64,000 bases of DNA from Candidatus Omnitrophota bacterium (GTDB lineage: Bacteria > Omnitrophota > Gorgyraeia > Zapsychrales > Zapsychraceae): the NCBI GenBank assembly GCA_015233115.1, contig JADFYJ010000006.1, positions 595 through 64,594 on the forward strand. Reading direction: 5' to 3'. Below, one piece after another: positions 47,692 to 58,232 of the stretch. Positions within the stretch are counted from its first letter, which is position 1. Every line of letters begins with the position of its first letter. The notes under the pieces are model-generated. The model had not been told where the DNA came from, made no database searches, and saw only the letters and a program-made list of their open reading frames with translations. A program made the position numbers and the translations under genes.

Positions 47692-48420
47692 ATGATAAAA
47701 GGATTATTAGGTAAGAAAATCGGGATGACTCAGATCTTTGACAGGGATGGCAATTTAGTGCCAGTCACAGCCGTCGAGGTAGGTCCTTGCACGATCTTGG
47801 AGCTTAACGATAAAGATAAAAAGGTGAAGGTAGGCTTTGAAGAAATCAAAGCCAGCCATGTGAATAAACCAGATGCTGGTTACTTCAAAAAAATAGGGGT
47901 TGCCCCGACGCGTTACAGCCGGGAAATTTCTTCGGTCGATAATAAAGATTATCAAGTAGGTCAGCAATTAAAAGCTGATGTATTCCGCGCCGGAGATTTT
48001 GTGGATGTAACTGGGATTAGTGTCGGTAAAGGTTTTCAAGGTGGTATGAAACGCTGGCATTGGGAAGGTGGTCCAGGTGGTCACGGGTCTATGCATCATA
48101 GACGAGTCGGATCGATTGGTTCAACGACTTTTCCAGGACGCACGCTCAAAGGCCATCATATGCCCGGTCATATGGGCAATGCGACCGCGACAGTTCAGAA
48201 TCTTAGGGTTATGGATGTCGATGTGGAGAGCAATACTATTTTGATCAAAGGCGGTATTCCGGGTTCAAACAATTCTTTGGTACAGATCAATAAATCATTT
48301 AAACGCTCGTTCAAGGCTTTGGATGAGGTGAAAGTGGTCATCACCAAGAAGGTCAACCCGATGAAACAGGCAAAAGCGGCCGCAGGTGCTAAGAAAGCAG
48401 CTCCCGCGAAGAAAAAATAA
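47692..48420 (+). CDS. rplC: 50S ribosomal protein L3
   Basis: MIKGLLGKKIGMTQIF. A Lys/Ala-rich C-terminal tail is present. Confidence 0.9.
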   Translation: MIKGLLGKKIGMTQIFDRDGNLVPVTAVEVGPCTILELNDKDKKVKVGFEEIKASHVNKPDAGYFKKIGVAPTRYSREISSVDNKDYQVGQQLKADVFRAGDFVDVTGISVGKGFQGGMKRWHWEGGPGGHGSMHHRRVGSIGSTTFPGRTLKGHHMPGHMGNATATVQNLRVMDVDVESNTILIKGGIPGSNNSLVQINKSFKRSFKALDEVKVVITKKVNPMKQAKAAAGAKKAAPAKKK

Positions 48421-48455
48421 AGATTTTAAAGTCATTAAAGAAAAAAGAGGTTAGT

Positions 48456-49085
48456 GTGGTGAAACTTCCAGTTTTAGATATTAATGGTACCGAGGTCGAG
48501 CAGATCGATTTACCAGAAGGTGTATTTGGCGGTCGCGTAAAATCTGATATTATTCATCAGGCGGTCGTTATGTACCAAGCATGTTTACGTCAAGGTACAG
48601 TCAACACCAAGGTACGGAAAGAAATTTCCGGCGGCGGTAAAAAACCTTTTAAACAAAAGGGCACAGGTCAGGCTCGCGCTGGTTCTTCCCGGTCCCCATT
48701 GTGGCATAAGGGTGGCGTAGTATTTGGACCACACCCACGTGATTTCGGTTACACGATTCCTGTTAAAGTACGTCGTGCGGCCTTACGTGAAAGTTTAAAC
48801 GCGAAATTTTTAGGACAATCTCTGGTCTGCGTGCAGGACTTTAAAAGTCCTTTGAATAAGACAAAAGAATTCGCGGGAATTATGAAAAATTTAAAGCTTA
48901 AAGGTAAAGTATTAGCTTGCCTTGAAGGAAGCGATGCCTCAATTGACCGCGTAACTAACAATCTTCCGTTCTTTAATGCAGTACGGGCTCAAGATGTAAA
49001 CGCGTACGATGTGATGAAATTCAATAAATTATTAGTTACTAAAACAGCATTTCAAAAAATATTGGAGCGTATCGAAAAGTGTTAA
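48456..49085 (+). CDS. rplD: 50S ribosomal protein L4
   Basis: GTG start. Position and size fit L4. Confidence 0.9.
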   Translation: MVKLPVLDINGTEVEQIDLPEGVFGGRVKSDIIHQAVVMYQACLRQGTVNTKVRKEISGGGKKPFKQKGTGQARAGSSRSPLWHKGGVVFGPHPRDFGYTIPVKVRRAALRESLNAKFLGQSLVCVQDFKSPLNKTKEFAGIMKNLKLKGKVLACLEGSDASIDRVTNNLPFFNAVRAQDVNAYDVMKFNKLLVTKTAFQKILERIEKC

Positions 49086-49357
49086 CCTGTTACGATATTA
49101 TCAAAAGTTTAGTTCATACGGAAAGAGGATTGGCTCTCGAGCCAGATCGTAAATATCTTTTCGATGTTGCCACCTTTGCAAACAAAATTCAGATTAAGTC
49201 AGCGATAGAAGAAATTTATAAGGTAAAGGTGCAGTCAGTTAATGTGGTGACCATGCCGGGAAAACTCAAACGGGTTCGTCAGGCGGTAGGCAAAACGCCT
49301 TCATGGAAGAAGGCCATTGTAACTCTCAAAGAAGGTCAAAAAATAGAGGTAAGATAA
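49079..49357 (+). CDS. rplW: 50S ribosomal protein L23
   Basis: GTG start overlapping the rplD end. 92 aa. Confidence 0.9.
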   Translation: MLTCYDIIKSLVHTERGLALEPDRKYLFDVATFANKIQIKSAIEEIYKVKVQSVNVVTMPGKLKRVRQAVGKTPSWKKAIVTLKEGQKIEVR

Positions 49358-49358
49358 A

Positions 49359-50198
49359 GTGGGACTTAAGCGATTTAAACCAATTACGAATGGATTGCGT
49401 CACGCGGTTTTAACCGACTTCGCAGAAATTACAAAAAAAGATCCGGAAAAATCATTGCTCATGCCTTTAAAAAGCACGGGTGGACGGAATAGTTATGGAC
49501 GCATCACGTGTCGTTGGCGCGGCGGTGGGCATAAAAGAATGTACCGCTTGGTTGATTTTCGCCGTCAGCGTGTAGATGAAGTATCAACTGTTCTCGCGAT
49601 TGAGTATGATCCAAACCGCACAGCACGTATTGCGTTGATTCAGTTTCCGGATGGTGAAAAATCCTATATTCTTGCTCCTTTGGAAATTAAAGTCGGCGAC
49701 AAGCTGATGAGTTCTTTCGAAAAAGATATTGAGATCCGCCCGGGTAATTGTATGCCGCTGAGTAAAATCCCGTTAGGTTCTGCTATTCACAATATAGAAA
49801 TGAAGCCTGGTAAAGGGGGACAATTGGTCCGTTCTGCCGGAACTTCAGCCCAGATCATGGCTCGCGAAGGTGAAGTGGCTTTTATCCGGATGCCGTCGAG
49901 TGAAGTTCGTAAATTATCTGTGGATTGCCGTGCGACTCTTGGACAAATTGGTAATGTGGAACACGATAGCCAATCTATTGGAAAAGCTGGTCGTAACCGT
50001 TGGAAAGGCCGCCGCGGTCATGTCCGCGGGGTAGTTATGAATCCTCATGACCATCCACACGGTGGTGGTGAAGGTAAATCTCCACAAGGAAATCCTCATC
50101 CGGTCAGCCGTTGGGGACAACCAACCAAAGGGTTCAAGACTAGAAAAAAACGTAAGTATTCGGATAAATTCATTGTCAGAAGAAGAGGGGCTAAGTAA
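49359..50198 (+). CDS. rplB: 50S ribosomal protein L2
   Basis: GTG start. [15 protein letters not shown] and ...HPHGGGEGK... Confidence 0.95.
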   Translation: MGLKRFKPITNGLRHAVLTDFAEITKKDPEKSLLMPLKSTGGRNSYGRITCRWRGGGHKRMYRLVDFRRQRVDEVSTVLAIEYDPNRTARIALIQFPDGEKSYILAPLEIKVGDKLMSSFEKDIEIRPGNCMPLSKIPLGSAIHNIEMKPGKGGQLVRSAGTSAQIMAREGEVAFIRMPSSEVRKLSVDCRATLGQIGNVEHDSQSIGKAGRNRWKGRRGHVRGVVMNPHDHPHGGGEGKSPQGNPHPVSRWGQPTKGFKTRKKRKYSDKFIVRRRGAK

Positions 50199-50485
50199 TG
50201 GGACGTTCAATTAATAAAGGTCCATTTGTTCAAGAAGCGTTGATGAAGAAAATACAGAAGATGGTCGACGGTGGACAAAAACAAACCATCAAGACCTGGT
50301 CCCGGCGTTCGGTGATTACCCCTGTATTTGTGGGATATACTATTGCGGTTCATGACGGACGTAAGCATGTTCCGTTGTTCGTGACGGAAAATATGGTCGG
50401 GCACAAACTAGGTGAATTCGCTCCAACTCGCACGTTTAAACAGCATAGCGGTGTTAAAGCGAAAAAAGCAGCTCAAAAAACTTAA
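50198..50485 (+). CDS. rpsS: 30S ribosomal protein S19
   Basis: [11 protein letters not shown]... Confidence 0.95.
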   Translation: MGRSINKGPFVQEALMKKIQKMVDGGQKQTIKTWSRRSVITPVFVGYTIAVHDGRKHVPLFVTENMVGHKLGEFAPTRTFKQHSGVKAKKAAQKT

Positions 50486-50517
50486 AAAGTTAACAGGTTA
50501 AAAGAGAAGATTTATAT

Positions 50518-50856
50518 ATGATTTCGCAAGCTAATGGAAAATTTTTAAGAGGATCTCCGATCAAGGCCCGTTTGGTTTTAGACCTTATCAGGGGGAAGGA
50601 TGTTTTAACGTCCCAGGCAATTTTGGCACAGGTCGAAAAAGGATCAGCGGATAAAATTTTAAAAGTTTTAAATTCTGCTGTTGCTAGTGCTAAACAAAAA
50701 GGTTTGGCTGAAGAACAATTGATCATTTCTAAAATTACGGCAAATCAAGGCCCGCATTGGAAACGTTTTAGATCCGCTCCGTTCGGCCGGGCTATGAGAA
50801 TTTTGAAAAAGACCATGCATTTAAGCGTAGAATTAGACGTAAAAATAAAAAAATAA
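50518..50856 (+). CDS. rplV: 50S ribosomal protein L22
   Basis: 112 aa in the conserved position. Confidence 0.9.
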   Translation: MISQANGKFLRGSPIKARLVLDLIRGKDVLTSQAILAQVEKGSADKILKVLNSAVASAKQKGLAEEQLIISKITANQGPHWKRFRSAPFGRAMRILKKTMHLSVELDVKIKK

Positions 50857-50881
50857 GGACTGTTAAAAAAGAGGAGTTTCT

Positions 50882-51571
50882 GTGGGGCAAAAAGTAAATC
50901 CTATAGCGTTGCGACTTGGATATTTGGAAAACTGGAGAAGTCTTTGGTTTGCGGAGAAGAATGAATATGCCAAAAGCCTTTTAGAAGACCAAAAAATCCG
51001 AAAATTTATCAAAGAAAAATACGCGCAAGCGTCAGTTTCCAAGGTTGTTATTGAACGTTTGGCTGATAAAATCAAAGTAATTATTTATACAGCACGTCCG
51101 GGTGTGATTATTGGCCGTCGGGGAGCTGACATTGATCGTTTACGTGCCGAGTTGGGAAAGATTTCTGTTAAAGAAATTATGATTGATCCTCGTGAAGTAA
51201 AAAATGCAGTGACGGACGCGCAGTTGATTGCTCAGAACGTCGCTTTTCAGCTAGAGAAACGTGTGGCTTTCCGCCGCGCCGTTAAAAGAGTTATTGATCA
51301 GGCGATGCAATCCGGAGCTAAAGGAATTAAAATCCGTTGTGCCGGACGTTTAAATGGCGCGGAAATGGCTCGTCAGGAAAAATATCACGTGGGAAAACTA
51401 CCTTTGCATACGTTGCGCGCGAATATTGATTACGGTTTTGCTGAAGCATTAACCACATACGGTATCATTGGGGTTAAGGTTTGGGTCAATCACGGAGAAG
51501 TCATTAAAGAAGTGAAACGTCAAGAAGCGGCTAAAGCTAGTGTAGGGACGGTCCAGGAACCGGCCAGATAA
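50882..51571 (+). CDS. rpsC: 30S ribosomal protein S3
   Basis: GTG start. MGQKVNPIALRLG, with KH and S3-C domains. Confidence 0.95.
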   Translation: MGQKVNPIALRLGYLENWRSLWFAEKNEYAKSLLEDQKIRKFIKEKYAQASVSKVVIERLADKIKVIIYTARPGVIIGRRGADIDRLRAELGKISVKEIMIDPREVKNAVTDAQLIAQNVAFQLEKRVAFRRAVKRVIDQAMQSGAKGIKIRCAGRLNGAEMARQEKYHVGKLPLHTLRANIDYGFAEALTTYGIIGVKVWVNHGEVIKEVKRQEAAKASVGTVQEPAR

Positions 51572-51590
51572 AAATATAAGGAGTATTTAG

Positions 51591-52007
51591 ATGTTGTTAA
51601 TGCCTCGTAAAGTTAAATATCGTAAGTCCCAAAAAGGGAAAACTCGCGGGATTGCGACTCGTGGTTGCGAATTGCATTATGGTGAGTTTGGACTGAAATC
51701 ATTGCAAAATGGTTTGGTGAAGGCGAACCACGTAGAAGCGTGCCGTTTAACCATTGCCCGTAAAGTCAAAGGTGCAGGAAAATTGTGGATCAATATGTTC
51801 CCTAGCAAACCGGTCAGTAAAAAACCGGCAGAAACCCGTATGGGTAAGGGAAAAGGTGAACACGATCATTGGGCCTGCCCGATCCGCCGCGGTAAAGTGG
51901 TATTGGAGATGAGCGGTATTCCTGAAGATTTCGCGAAAAGAATTTTAAGAGTTGTTGCATTTAAATTACCAGTTAAAACTAAATTTATTACACGGACGCA
52001 AGTTTAA
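51591..52007 (+). CDS. rplP: 50S ribosomal protein L16
   Basis: MLLMPRKVKYRK... Confidence 0.95.
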   Translation: MLLMPRKVKYRKSQKGKTRGIATRGCELHYGEFGLKSLQNGLVKANHVEACRLTIARKVKGAGKLWINMFPSKPVSKKPAETRMGKGKGEHDHWACPIRRGKVVLEMSGIPEDFAKRILRVVAFKLPVKTKFITRTQV

Positions 52008-52042
52008 TTTTAATAGTCCCTTCTGGACGTTTGAGGTGGATA

Positions 52043-52237
52043 ATGAAAGCAAATCAGTTTCGAGATTTAAATACCGAAGAGTTAAACCAAAAAATTAAGG
52101 GATTTAAAAAAGAGCTTTTCGATCTCAATGCTCAAAAAAGAATTGGTACAGTTGAGAAACCGGCTCGTTTTAAATCTTTAAAACAAGATATTGCGAGAAT
52201 TATGACTATTTTAAAGGAAAGAGAAAAAGGGAAATGA
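52043..52237 (+). CDS. rpmC: 50S ribosomal protein L29
   Basis: ATG at 52043 ([17 protein letters not shown]...). The track ORF begins 4 codons upstream at a TTG. Confidence 0.85.
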   Translation: MKANQFRDLNTEELNQKIKGFKKELFDLNAQKRIGTVEKPARFKSLKQDIARIMTILKEREKGK

Positions 52238-52503
52238 GCGAGACGCAAGCACGAGAAAATAGACGTAAGGTGTTTCAAGGAATCGTCGTCAGCGACAAAA
52301 TGAACAAGACTCGCGTGGTGCAGGTGGCGTTCTCACAAAAACATGATCAGTACAACAAGGTCATGAAAAAGCACAGCAAATTTAAGGCGCATGACGAGAA
52401 AAACGAAACAAAGACTGGTGACCAGGTTAAAATCATGGAAACGCGCCCGTTATCAAAAGATAAACGCTGGATTATTAAAGAAGTTTTTAAAACGAAGCAA
52501 TAA
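52234..52503 (+). CDS. rpsQ: 30S ribosomal protein S17
   Basis: 89 aa, follows rpmC and overlaps its stop. Confidence 0.9.
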   Translation: MSETQARENRRKVFQGIVVSDKMNKTRVVQVAFSQKHDQYNKVMKKHSKFKAHDEKNETKTGDQVKIMETRPLSKDKRWIIKEVFKTKQ

Positions 52504-52508
52504 TAAAG

Positions 52509-52590
52509 GTAGTATGTAGTGCGTAGTATGTCGTATGTAGAAAAAGAAAAATAATAAAAGCTGTATGTCGTGCGCAGTATTAAGTATGTA
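52509..52590. repeat. Family-B blocks (forward, two copies)
   Basis: gtagtatgtagtgcgtagtatgtcgtatgtag and a degenerate copy ctgtatgtcgtgcgcagtattaagtatgta, located after the rpsQ stop. Confidence 0.75.
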
Positions 52591-52610
52591 AAAAAGATAC
52601 GTTTTTAAAA

Positions 52611-52640
52611 CCACATACCACATACCACATACCACATACT
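52611..52640. repeat. Family-B block (reverse)
   Basis: ccacataccacataccacataccacatact, located before rplN. Confidence 0.8.
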
Positions 52641-52656
52641 CTACAAAAGGTTACTT

Positions 52657-53025
52657 ATGATTTTATTAAAATCCATTTTAGTTGTCGCGGATAACACCGG
52701 CGCTCGTAAGGCTTCGATGATCGGCGTGTTAAATGCCAAGAATCGCAGGACGGCGGGGATTGGTGATACGATCCGGGTTAATATTAAGGAATCATCGCCG
52801 GATGCGGCGGTGAAAAAAGGGCAAAAGGCCAAAGGCATTGTGGTCAGGACCAAATCTGCGATTCACCGTGCGGATGGGACGTATGTCCGTTTTGATACCA
52901 ACGCCGTGGTTTTAATTGATGATGCAGGTAACCCAAAAGGTACCCGCGTTTTCGGACCAGTGGCGCGTGAATTGCGAAATTTAGATTATATGAAAATCGT
53001 TTCTTTAGCTCCAGAGGTAATTTAA
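52657..53025 (+). CDS. rplN: 50S ribosomal protein L14
   Basis: [18 protein letters not shown]. Confidence 0.95.
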   Translation: MILLKSILVVADNTGARKASMIGVLNAKNRRTAGIGDTIRVNIKESSPDAAVKKGQKAKGIVVRTKSAIHRADGTYVRFDTNAVVLIDDAGNPKGTRVFGPVARELRNLDYMKIVSLAPEVI

Positions 53026-53026
53026 G

Positions 53027-53338
53027 ATGCTGTCGATTAAAAAAAATGATCAAGTCATGGTAATTGCAGGAAAAGATAAAGGTAAGACAGGAAAAGTTTT
53101 ACAAGTGATGCTGGCTGAAGGTCGGATTTTGGTGGAAGGCATTAATTTCCAAAAAAAAGCGGTTCGTAAAAGTCAAGAAAATCCGAACGGTGGCCATTTG
53201 GATATCGAGAAATCCATCCATATTTCTAATGTTATGCTTTTAGATAAAAAATTAAATAAACCGTCACGTTTCGGGGTTAAGATTTTGAATGATGGTTCCA
53301 AAGTAAGAATCAGTAAAAAAAGCGGAGAGGTAATATAG
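53027..53338 (+). CDS. rplX: 50S ribosomal protein L24
   Basis: KOW-domain protein, 103 aa. Confidence 0.9.
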   Translation: MLSIKKNDQVMVIAGKDKGKTGKVLQVMLAEGRILVEGINFQKKAVRKSQENPNGGHLDIEKSIHISNVMLLDKKLNKPSRFGVKILNDGSKVRISKKSGEVI

Positions 53339-53898
53339 TGAGACCACGGTTGCAGCAAAAATATAGAGAGGAAGTCATTCCTCAAATGAAAGAAAAATTC
53401 GGGATTAAAAATGTTATGGCTGTCCCGAAAATAACTAAAATTGTCATTAACATGGGTGTGGGCAAAGCCATCAATGATATGCGTATCATGGACTCGGCTG
53501 TGCAGGATTTGACCACCATCTGCGGGCAAAAACCTGTTATTACCCGTTCTAAAGAAGCGATCTCTAATTTTAAACTGCGTGAAGGCATGCCGATTGGCTG
53601 TAAAGTTACTTTACGCGGTAGCCGCATGTATGAATTTTTGGACCGTTTGATCACTTTCGCTTTACCGCGAATCCGTGACTTCAATGGTTTATCATTTAAA
53701 TCTTTTGATAAAGGTGGCAATTTTACATTAGGACTTCAGGAACAATCGATTTTTCCGGAAATTGATTTAGTAAAAGTGACCCATACCCAAGGGATGGATA
53801 TCACGATCGTGTTTGACAAAGGGCCGAAAGAACATACTTGTGAAGTATTAAGAATATTAGGTGTACCTTTCCGTAAGAAAACGCATTTGGGCGAATAA
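53338..53898 (+). CDS. rplE: 50S ribosomal protein L5
   Basis: GTG start. 186 aa in the conserved spc position. Confidence 0.9.
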   Translation: MRPRLQQKYREEVIPQMKEKFGIKNVMAVPKITKIVINMGVGKAINDMRIMDSAVQDLTTICGQKPVITRSKEAISNFKLREGMPIGCKVTLRGSRMYEFLDRLITFALPRIRDFNGLSFKSFDKGGNFTLGLQEQSIFPEIDLVKVTHTQGMDITIVFDKGPKEHTCEVLRILGVPFRKKTHLGE

Positions 53899-53916
53899 TT
53901 GTAAACGAGGATAAGC

Positions 53917-54102
53917 ATGGCAAAGACATCATTAATTGTTAAATGTAAACGAACACCAAAATTTTCGACGAGAAAATATAACCGCTGTCAGTTATGCGGC
54001 CGTCCGCACGGTTTTTTACGCCGTTTTGGGCTCTGTCGTATTTGTTTCCGAGAGTTGGCTTGGAAGGGTGAAATTCCGGGTGTGAAAAAAGCAAGTTGGT
54101 AA
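53917..54102 (+). CDS. rpsN: 30S ribosomal protein S14 type Z (zinc-binding)
   Basis: 61 aa with CxxC...CxxC (CQLCGRP...CRIC). Confidence 0.9.
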   Translation: MAKTSLIVKCKRTPKFSTRKYNRCQLCGRPHGFLRRFGLCRICFRELAWKGEIPGVKKASW

Positions 54103-54117
54103 AAGGAAAAAGGCAAT

Positions 54118-54513
54118 ATGTCATTAAGTGATCCGATTAGTAATTTTTTAACAAATGTCCGAAACGCCATCAAAGTCCGTAAAGAAACGGTTGATGTTCC
54201 TGCGTCAAAATTAGTGGGAAAAATCCTTGAAATATTCAAGGCGGATGGCTACATCGAAGATTTCCGTTTGATGAAGGATAATGTGCAGGGCACATACAAG
54301 ATTTATTTGAAATATCAGGGAAAAGCTTCCGCCATTACTGGGTTGAAGCGTATTTCAAAACCAGGTTTAAGAGTTTATGTTCAACGAGACGAAATTCCAA
54401 AAGTATTGAACGGTTTAGGTACGGCAGTCATTTCAACGTCCAAAGGCGTGGTGACCAACCGTGAAGCTAAAAAGTTAAGTGCCGGCGGAGAAGTCTTATG
54501 TTACATTTGGTAG
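54118..54513 (+). CDS. rpsH: 30S ribosomal protein S8
   Basis: MSLSDPISNFLTNVRNA. Confidence 0.95.
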   Translation: MSLSDPISNFLTNVRNAIKVRKETVDVPASKLVGKILEIFKADGYIEDFRLMKDNVQGTYKIYLKYQGKASAITGLKRISKPGLRVYVQRDEIPKVLNGLGTAVISTSKGVVTNREAKKLSAGGEVLCYIW

Positions 54514-54610
54514 GCCGTTCGCGGGAGCTCACGGCACTACTTCGGACATTTCGTCCTCGGTCGGCCGTTCGCAGGAGCTCACGGCACTACTTCGGACATT
54601 GCGTCCTCGG
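54513..54610. repeat. Direct tandem repeat, 2 x 48 nt (period 50) between rpsH and rplF
   Basis: ggccgttcgc[g/a]ggagctcacggcactacttcggacatt[t/g]cgtcctcgg x2. It begins at the last base of the rpsH stop codon. Confidence 0.9.
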
Positions 54611-54665
54611 GCGAAGTTCAAAGTTAATCGCTGTTTTTTAAGTTAACAATTTTGGCAGGAGTTAT

Positions 54666-55208
54666 ATGTCGAGAATAGGTAAGATCCCAGTTCAAGTTTT
54701 AAAAGATGCAAAAATCACGATCAATAAGTCTGACATATTAGTCGAAGGGCCTAAAGGTAAACTCAGTCTACCTCTTCCCCCGAAAATAGTTGTCAAACAG
54801 GATAAAGACGTGTTGGTAGTAACTCGTTTAGGCGAGGATAAACAAACCCGTGCTAATCATGGGACTATCCGTGCGCGTTTGAAGGCCATGATCATAGGCG
54901 TTACTAAAGGTCATAGAAAAGATTTGGAAATTCAAGGGGTAGGTTTCCGTGCGGCACAGGCAGGAAACAAGATAACATTTAATTTGGGTTTAAGTCATCC
55001 GATCGAATTTGTGGTGCCAGCTGATGTGAAAGCCACAGTGACGAGCCAAACTCAAATTTCCATTGAAGGGGCAGATATTATTAAGGTGGGGCAGGCTGCC
55101 GCGGAGATCCGCGCGTTTAAACCGGCTGAACCTTATAAAGCCAAAGGCGTCCGCTATGTCGGAGAAGTTATTAGACGAAAACAAGGTAAATCCGCAGGTA
55201 AGAAATAA
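54666..55208 (+). CDS. rplF: 50S ribosomal protein L6
   Basis: MSRIGKIPVQV. Confidence 0.95.
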   Translation: MSRIGKIPVQVLKDAKITINKSDILVEGPKGKLSLPLPPKIVVKQDKDVLVVTRLGEDKQTRANHGTIRARLKAMIIGVTKGHRKDLEIQGVGFRAAQAGNKITFNLGLSHPIEFVVPADVKATVTSQTQISIEGADIIKVGQAAAEIRAFKPAEPYKAKGVRYVGEVIRRKQGKSAGKK

Positions 55209-55210
55209 TT

Positions 55211-55579
55211 ATGAGTAAGACGAACGATAAAGAAGTGAAACGTAAGTTTCGCCATCAAAGAATCCGCGCGAAAGTGGTTGGATCGGCGGAAAAACCAAGA
55301 TTATGTTTACACCGCAGTTTAAAAAACATGTCGGCGCAGATTGTAAACGATGGTAACAGTAAAGTATTATTCGGGCTATCCACGCTTTCAAAGACCGTAA
55401 AAGCTTCAGTAAAGAGTGGCGGGAATGTTGATGGCGCAACCAAGTTTGGTGAGATCTTTGCTGCTGAAGCGATTAAGGAAGGGTTTAAAAAAGTATGTTT
55501 TGACCGCGGAGGGTATTTATACCACGGCCGGATCAAAGCCTTTGCTGAAGCGGCACGTAATCAGGGAATGGAGTTTTAG
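55211..55579 (+). CDS. rplR: 50S ribosomal protein L18
   Basis: 122 aa in the conserved position. Confidence 0.9.
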   Translation: MSKTNDKEVKRKFRHQRIRAKVVGSAEKPRLCLHRSLKNMSAQIVNDGNSKVLFGLSTLSKTVKASVKSGGNVDGATKFGEIFAAEAIKEGFKKVCFDRGGYLYHGRIKAFAEAARNQGMEF

Positions 55580-55584
55580 TCATA

Positions 55585-56259
55585 ATGAAAAAGCCAATGG
55601 ATGATAAAAATAAAAAAGTAGGTCCGGAAGAGGTGAAAAAACCGGAATTTTCCGGCGAAGAAAAGATCAAGGCCGCTGTTACCCGTAAAGGTGATGGCCG
55701 TCGTCGTTCTGGTTCAGAAGAGGACGATACCGCCGCGATTGCCCGCCGCAGAAGCCGTGAAATGTTAAACGCGGGAGCGGAAGAAGATTCTGGTCTCGTC
55801 GAACAAGTGATTAAGATCAACCGCGTTACAAAAGTTACTAAGGGCGGTAAAAAATTGTCTTTTAGTGCTTTAGTCGTGGTGGGGGATAAAAAGGGTCAAG
55901 TTGGTTATTCTCAAGCTAAAGCGAGTGAAGTATCTACGGCTATTAAGAAAGCCATGAATAAAGCTAAAAAGAATATGATTAGGGTTCCTATGAAGGGAAC
56001 AACCATCCCTCACGAGATTATCGGCCAATGTGGCGCTGCCCGGGTTTTATTAAAACCGGCTGGCGAAGGTACGGGAGTTATCGCGGCAGGTCCAGTCCGC
56101 GCGATATGCGACGCGTCTGGGATAACGAATATTTTATCTAAGTGTCACAGATCCAATAATCCGGTCAATGTTATTAAAGCGACCATGGATGGGATCATGA
56201 GATTAAAAAGTGCGAAAACGGTGTCTGATCTCGACAGAGATTTGGCGAAAAGCATTTAA
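55585..56259 (+). CDS. rpsE: 30S ribosomal protein S5 with ~60-aa charged N-terminal extension
   Basis: The core is ...[39 protein letters not shown].... The Lys/Glu/Arg-rich N-terminal extension makes it 224 aa versus about 166 for a typical S5. Confidence 0.9.
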   Translation: MKKPMDDKNKKVGPEEVKKPEFSGEEKIKAAVTRKGDGRRRSGSEEDDTAAIARRRSREMLNAGAEEDSGLVEQVIKINRVTKVTKGGKKLSFSALVVVGDKKGQVGYSQAKASEVSTAIKKAMNKAKKNMIRVPMKGTTIPHEIIGQCGAARVLLKPAGEGTGVIAAGPVRAICDASGITNILSKCHRSNNPVNVIKATMDGIMRLKSAKTVSDLDRDLAKSI

Positions 56260-56369
56260 TTGGCGATAAGTTTTAATTTTTAGTAAATTGTTTCAGGTCG
56301 AGATCTGACACCATTTATTAAATCGCCATTATTAAGAAGAACCAACGTCATATGTAAGGATAAGATTTA

Positions 56370-56876
56370 ATGCAATTACACCAATTAGTTTCACCAAAAG
56401 GTTCAAGAAAAAGCAAAAGAATTATTGGCCGAGGACCTGGTTCTGGTCGAGGAAAGACTTCTGGCCGTGGCCAAGACGGACAAGGTTCGCGTTCAGGCGA
56501 ACGCATCATGCGTAGTTTAGAGGGTGGTCAAAATCCGATCATCAAACGTATTCCTAAAGTGGGTTTCCGTTGTCCTAGACCGGTGTTGAACCAGGTGGTT
56601 AATGTGGATGATCTCAACCGTTTTAAAAGCGGCGATGTGGTTGATGCTCAATCTTTGAAAAAGATTTCTTTAATAGCCAGTCTTAACCGTCCAGTCAAAA
56701 TTTTGGGAACAGGGGAAGTGACTAAAAAATTGACAGTGCAGGGCGTGAGTATTTCCAAGTCAGCCAAAGAGAAGATTGAGAAGGCTGGCGGTACAGTCAC
56801 GCTAAAAGAAAAGAAATCAGAAGAAAGAAAAAAACCTTCGGAAAGAAATAAACCAGTTGGAAAAAAAGAAAAGTAA
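56370..56876 (+). CDS. rplO: 50S ribosomal protein L15
   Basis: MQLHQLVSPKGSRKSKRIIGRGPGSGRGKTSGRG. Confidence 0.9.
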   Translation: MQLHQLVSPKGSRKSKRIIGRGPGSGRGKTSGRGQDGQGSRSGERIMRSLEGGQNPIIKRIPKVGFRCPRPVLNQVVNVDDLNRFKSGDVVDAQSLKKISLIASLNRPVKILGTGEVTKKLTVQGVSISKSAKEKIEKAGGTVTLKEKKSEERKKPSERNKPVGKKEK

Positions 56877-56885
56877 TAATTAGCT

Positions 56886-58232
56886 ATGATTAGTTCATTT
56901 GTTAATTGTTTCAAAATTCCTGAATTACGCGCCAAAATTCTTTTTACCATAGGTATTATTGTTGTTTACCGAATTGGATGTTATATTCCTGTTCCCGGAG
57001 TGAATGGGGCGATGTTGTCTGAGTATTTTCAGCGCATGGAACATGGTATGGGCGGTAATGTGTTCGGCGTTATGAATATGTTTTCTGGCCGTTCTTTGGA
57101 AAAAATGACTTTATTCGCTTTAGGCGTTATGCCGTATATTTCCAGCTCAATTATCATGCAATTGCTGACGGCAGTTATTCCTACTCTTGAAAAATTAGCA
57201 AAAGAAGGACAGGCAGGATACCAAAAGATTAATCAATACACTCGTTATGGCACTTTGTTTTTGGCCATGATTCAATCATTTTTTATTGCGCTTTGGCTGG
57301 AACGCGGTTTTCATGATCTGCAACTCGTTAATACTCCGGGGTTGGGCTTTCGCGTAGTTACAGTTTTGACTTTATCGGCGGGTACGATTCTTCTGATGTG
57401 GCTGGGTGAGCAAATTCAGGAACGGGGGATCGGAAACGGTATTTCTATTATAATTGCGGCTGGTATTATTTCCGCCGCGCCTTCAGCGGTCCGCATGTTA
57501 GCCAATTTGATTTCTCCTCAGCAAAGCGGCGGAGCACAGCAGATTCAACCACTGACTTTGTTGATCATGATATTTTTCTTAATCGGTGTTATTATTTCGA
57601 TCACATTGATTACGCAGGCTCAGCGCAGGATTCCTGTTCAGTATGCTCGACGGGTCGTCGGAAGAAAAGTTTACGGCGGGCAAGCAACTTATATTCCTTT
57701 AAAGGTTGACACAGCCGGAATTATTGCTATCATTTTCGCTCAATCTATTTTGATGTTTCCTGCGACTATCGCGAGTTTTATGCCGTTTGGATGGTTACGG
57801 GAGATGGCATCATTTATGCAACGCGGTCATTGGTTTTATTATAGCGCTTATGGTTTACTCATTGTGTTTTTCTGTTATTTTTATACAGCGATTGTATTCA
57901 ACCCTATTGAGGTTGCAGAAAATATGAAAAAACACGGCGGCTTTATTCCTGGTGTTCGACCGGGAACGCAAACTTCTGATTATTTGGATTTTGTTTTAAC
58001 TCGTATCACGTTAGCCGGCGCATTGTTCATTTGTTTTATCGCTGTTATGCCGGATGCTATTATGGCATCTTTCCGAGTTCCGTATTTAGTTGCTTCATTT
58101 TTTGGAGGCACCGGAGTTTTGATCATCGTAGGTGTTATGTTGGACACCATGAAGCAAATCGAATCACATTTAGTGATGAGACATTATGATGGTTTTATGA
58201 AATCCGGCCAACGTTTAAGGGGGAGACGATAA
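56886..58232 (+). CDS. secY: Preprotein translocase subunit SecY
   Basis: 448 aa, 10-TM pattern, with the conserved ...GIGNGISIII... block. Confidence 0.95.
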   Translation: MISSFVNCFKIPELRAKILFTIGIIVVYRIGCYIPVPGVNGAMLSEYFQRMEHGMGGNVFGVMNMFSGRSLEKMTLFALGVMPYISSSIIMQLLTAVIPTLEKLAKEGQAGYQKINQYTRYGTLFLAMIQSFFIALWLERGFHDLQLVNTPGLGFRVVTVLTLSAGTILLMWLGEQIQERGIGNGISIIIAAGIISAAPSAVRMLANLISPQQSGGAQQIQPLTLLIMIFFLIGVIISITLITQAQRRIPVQYARRVVGRKVYGGQATYIPLKVDTAGIIAIIFAQSILMFPATIASFMPFGWLREMASFMQRGHWFYYSAYGLLIVFFCYFYTAIVFNPIEVAENMKKHGGFIPGVRPGTQTSDYLDFVLTRITLAGALFICFIAVMPDAIMASFRVPYLVASFFGGTGVLIIVGVMLDTMKQIESHLVMRHYDGFMKSGQRLRGRR

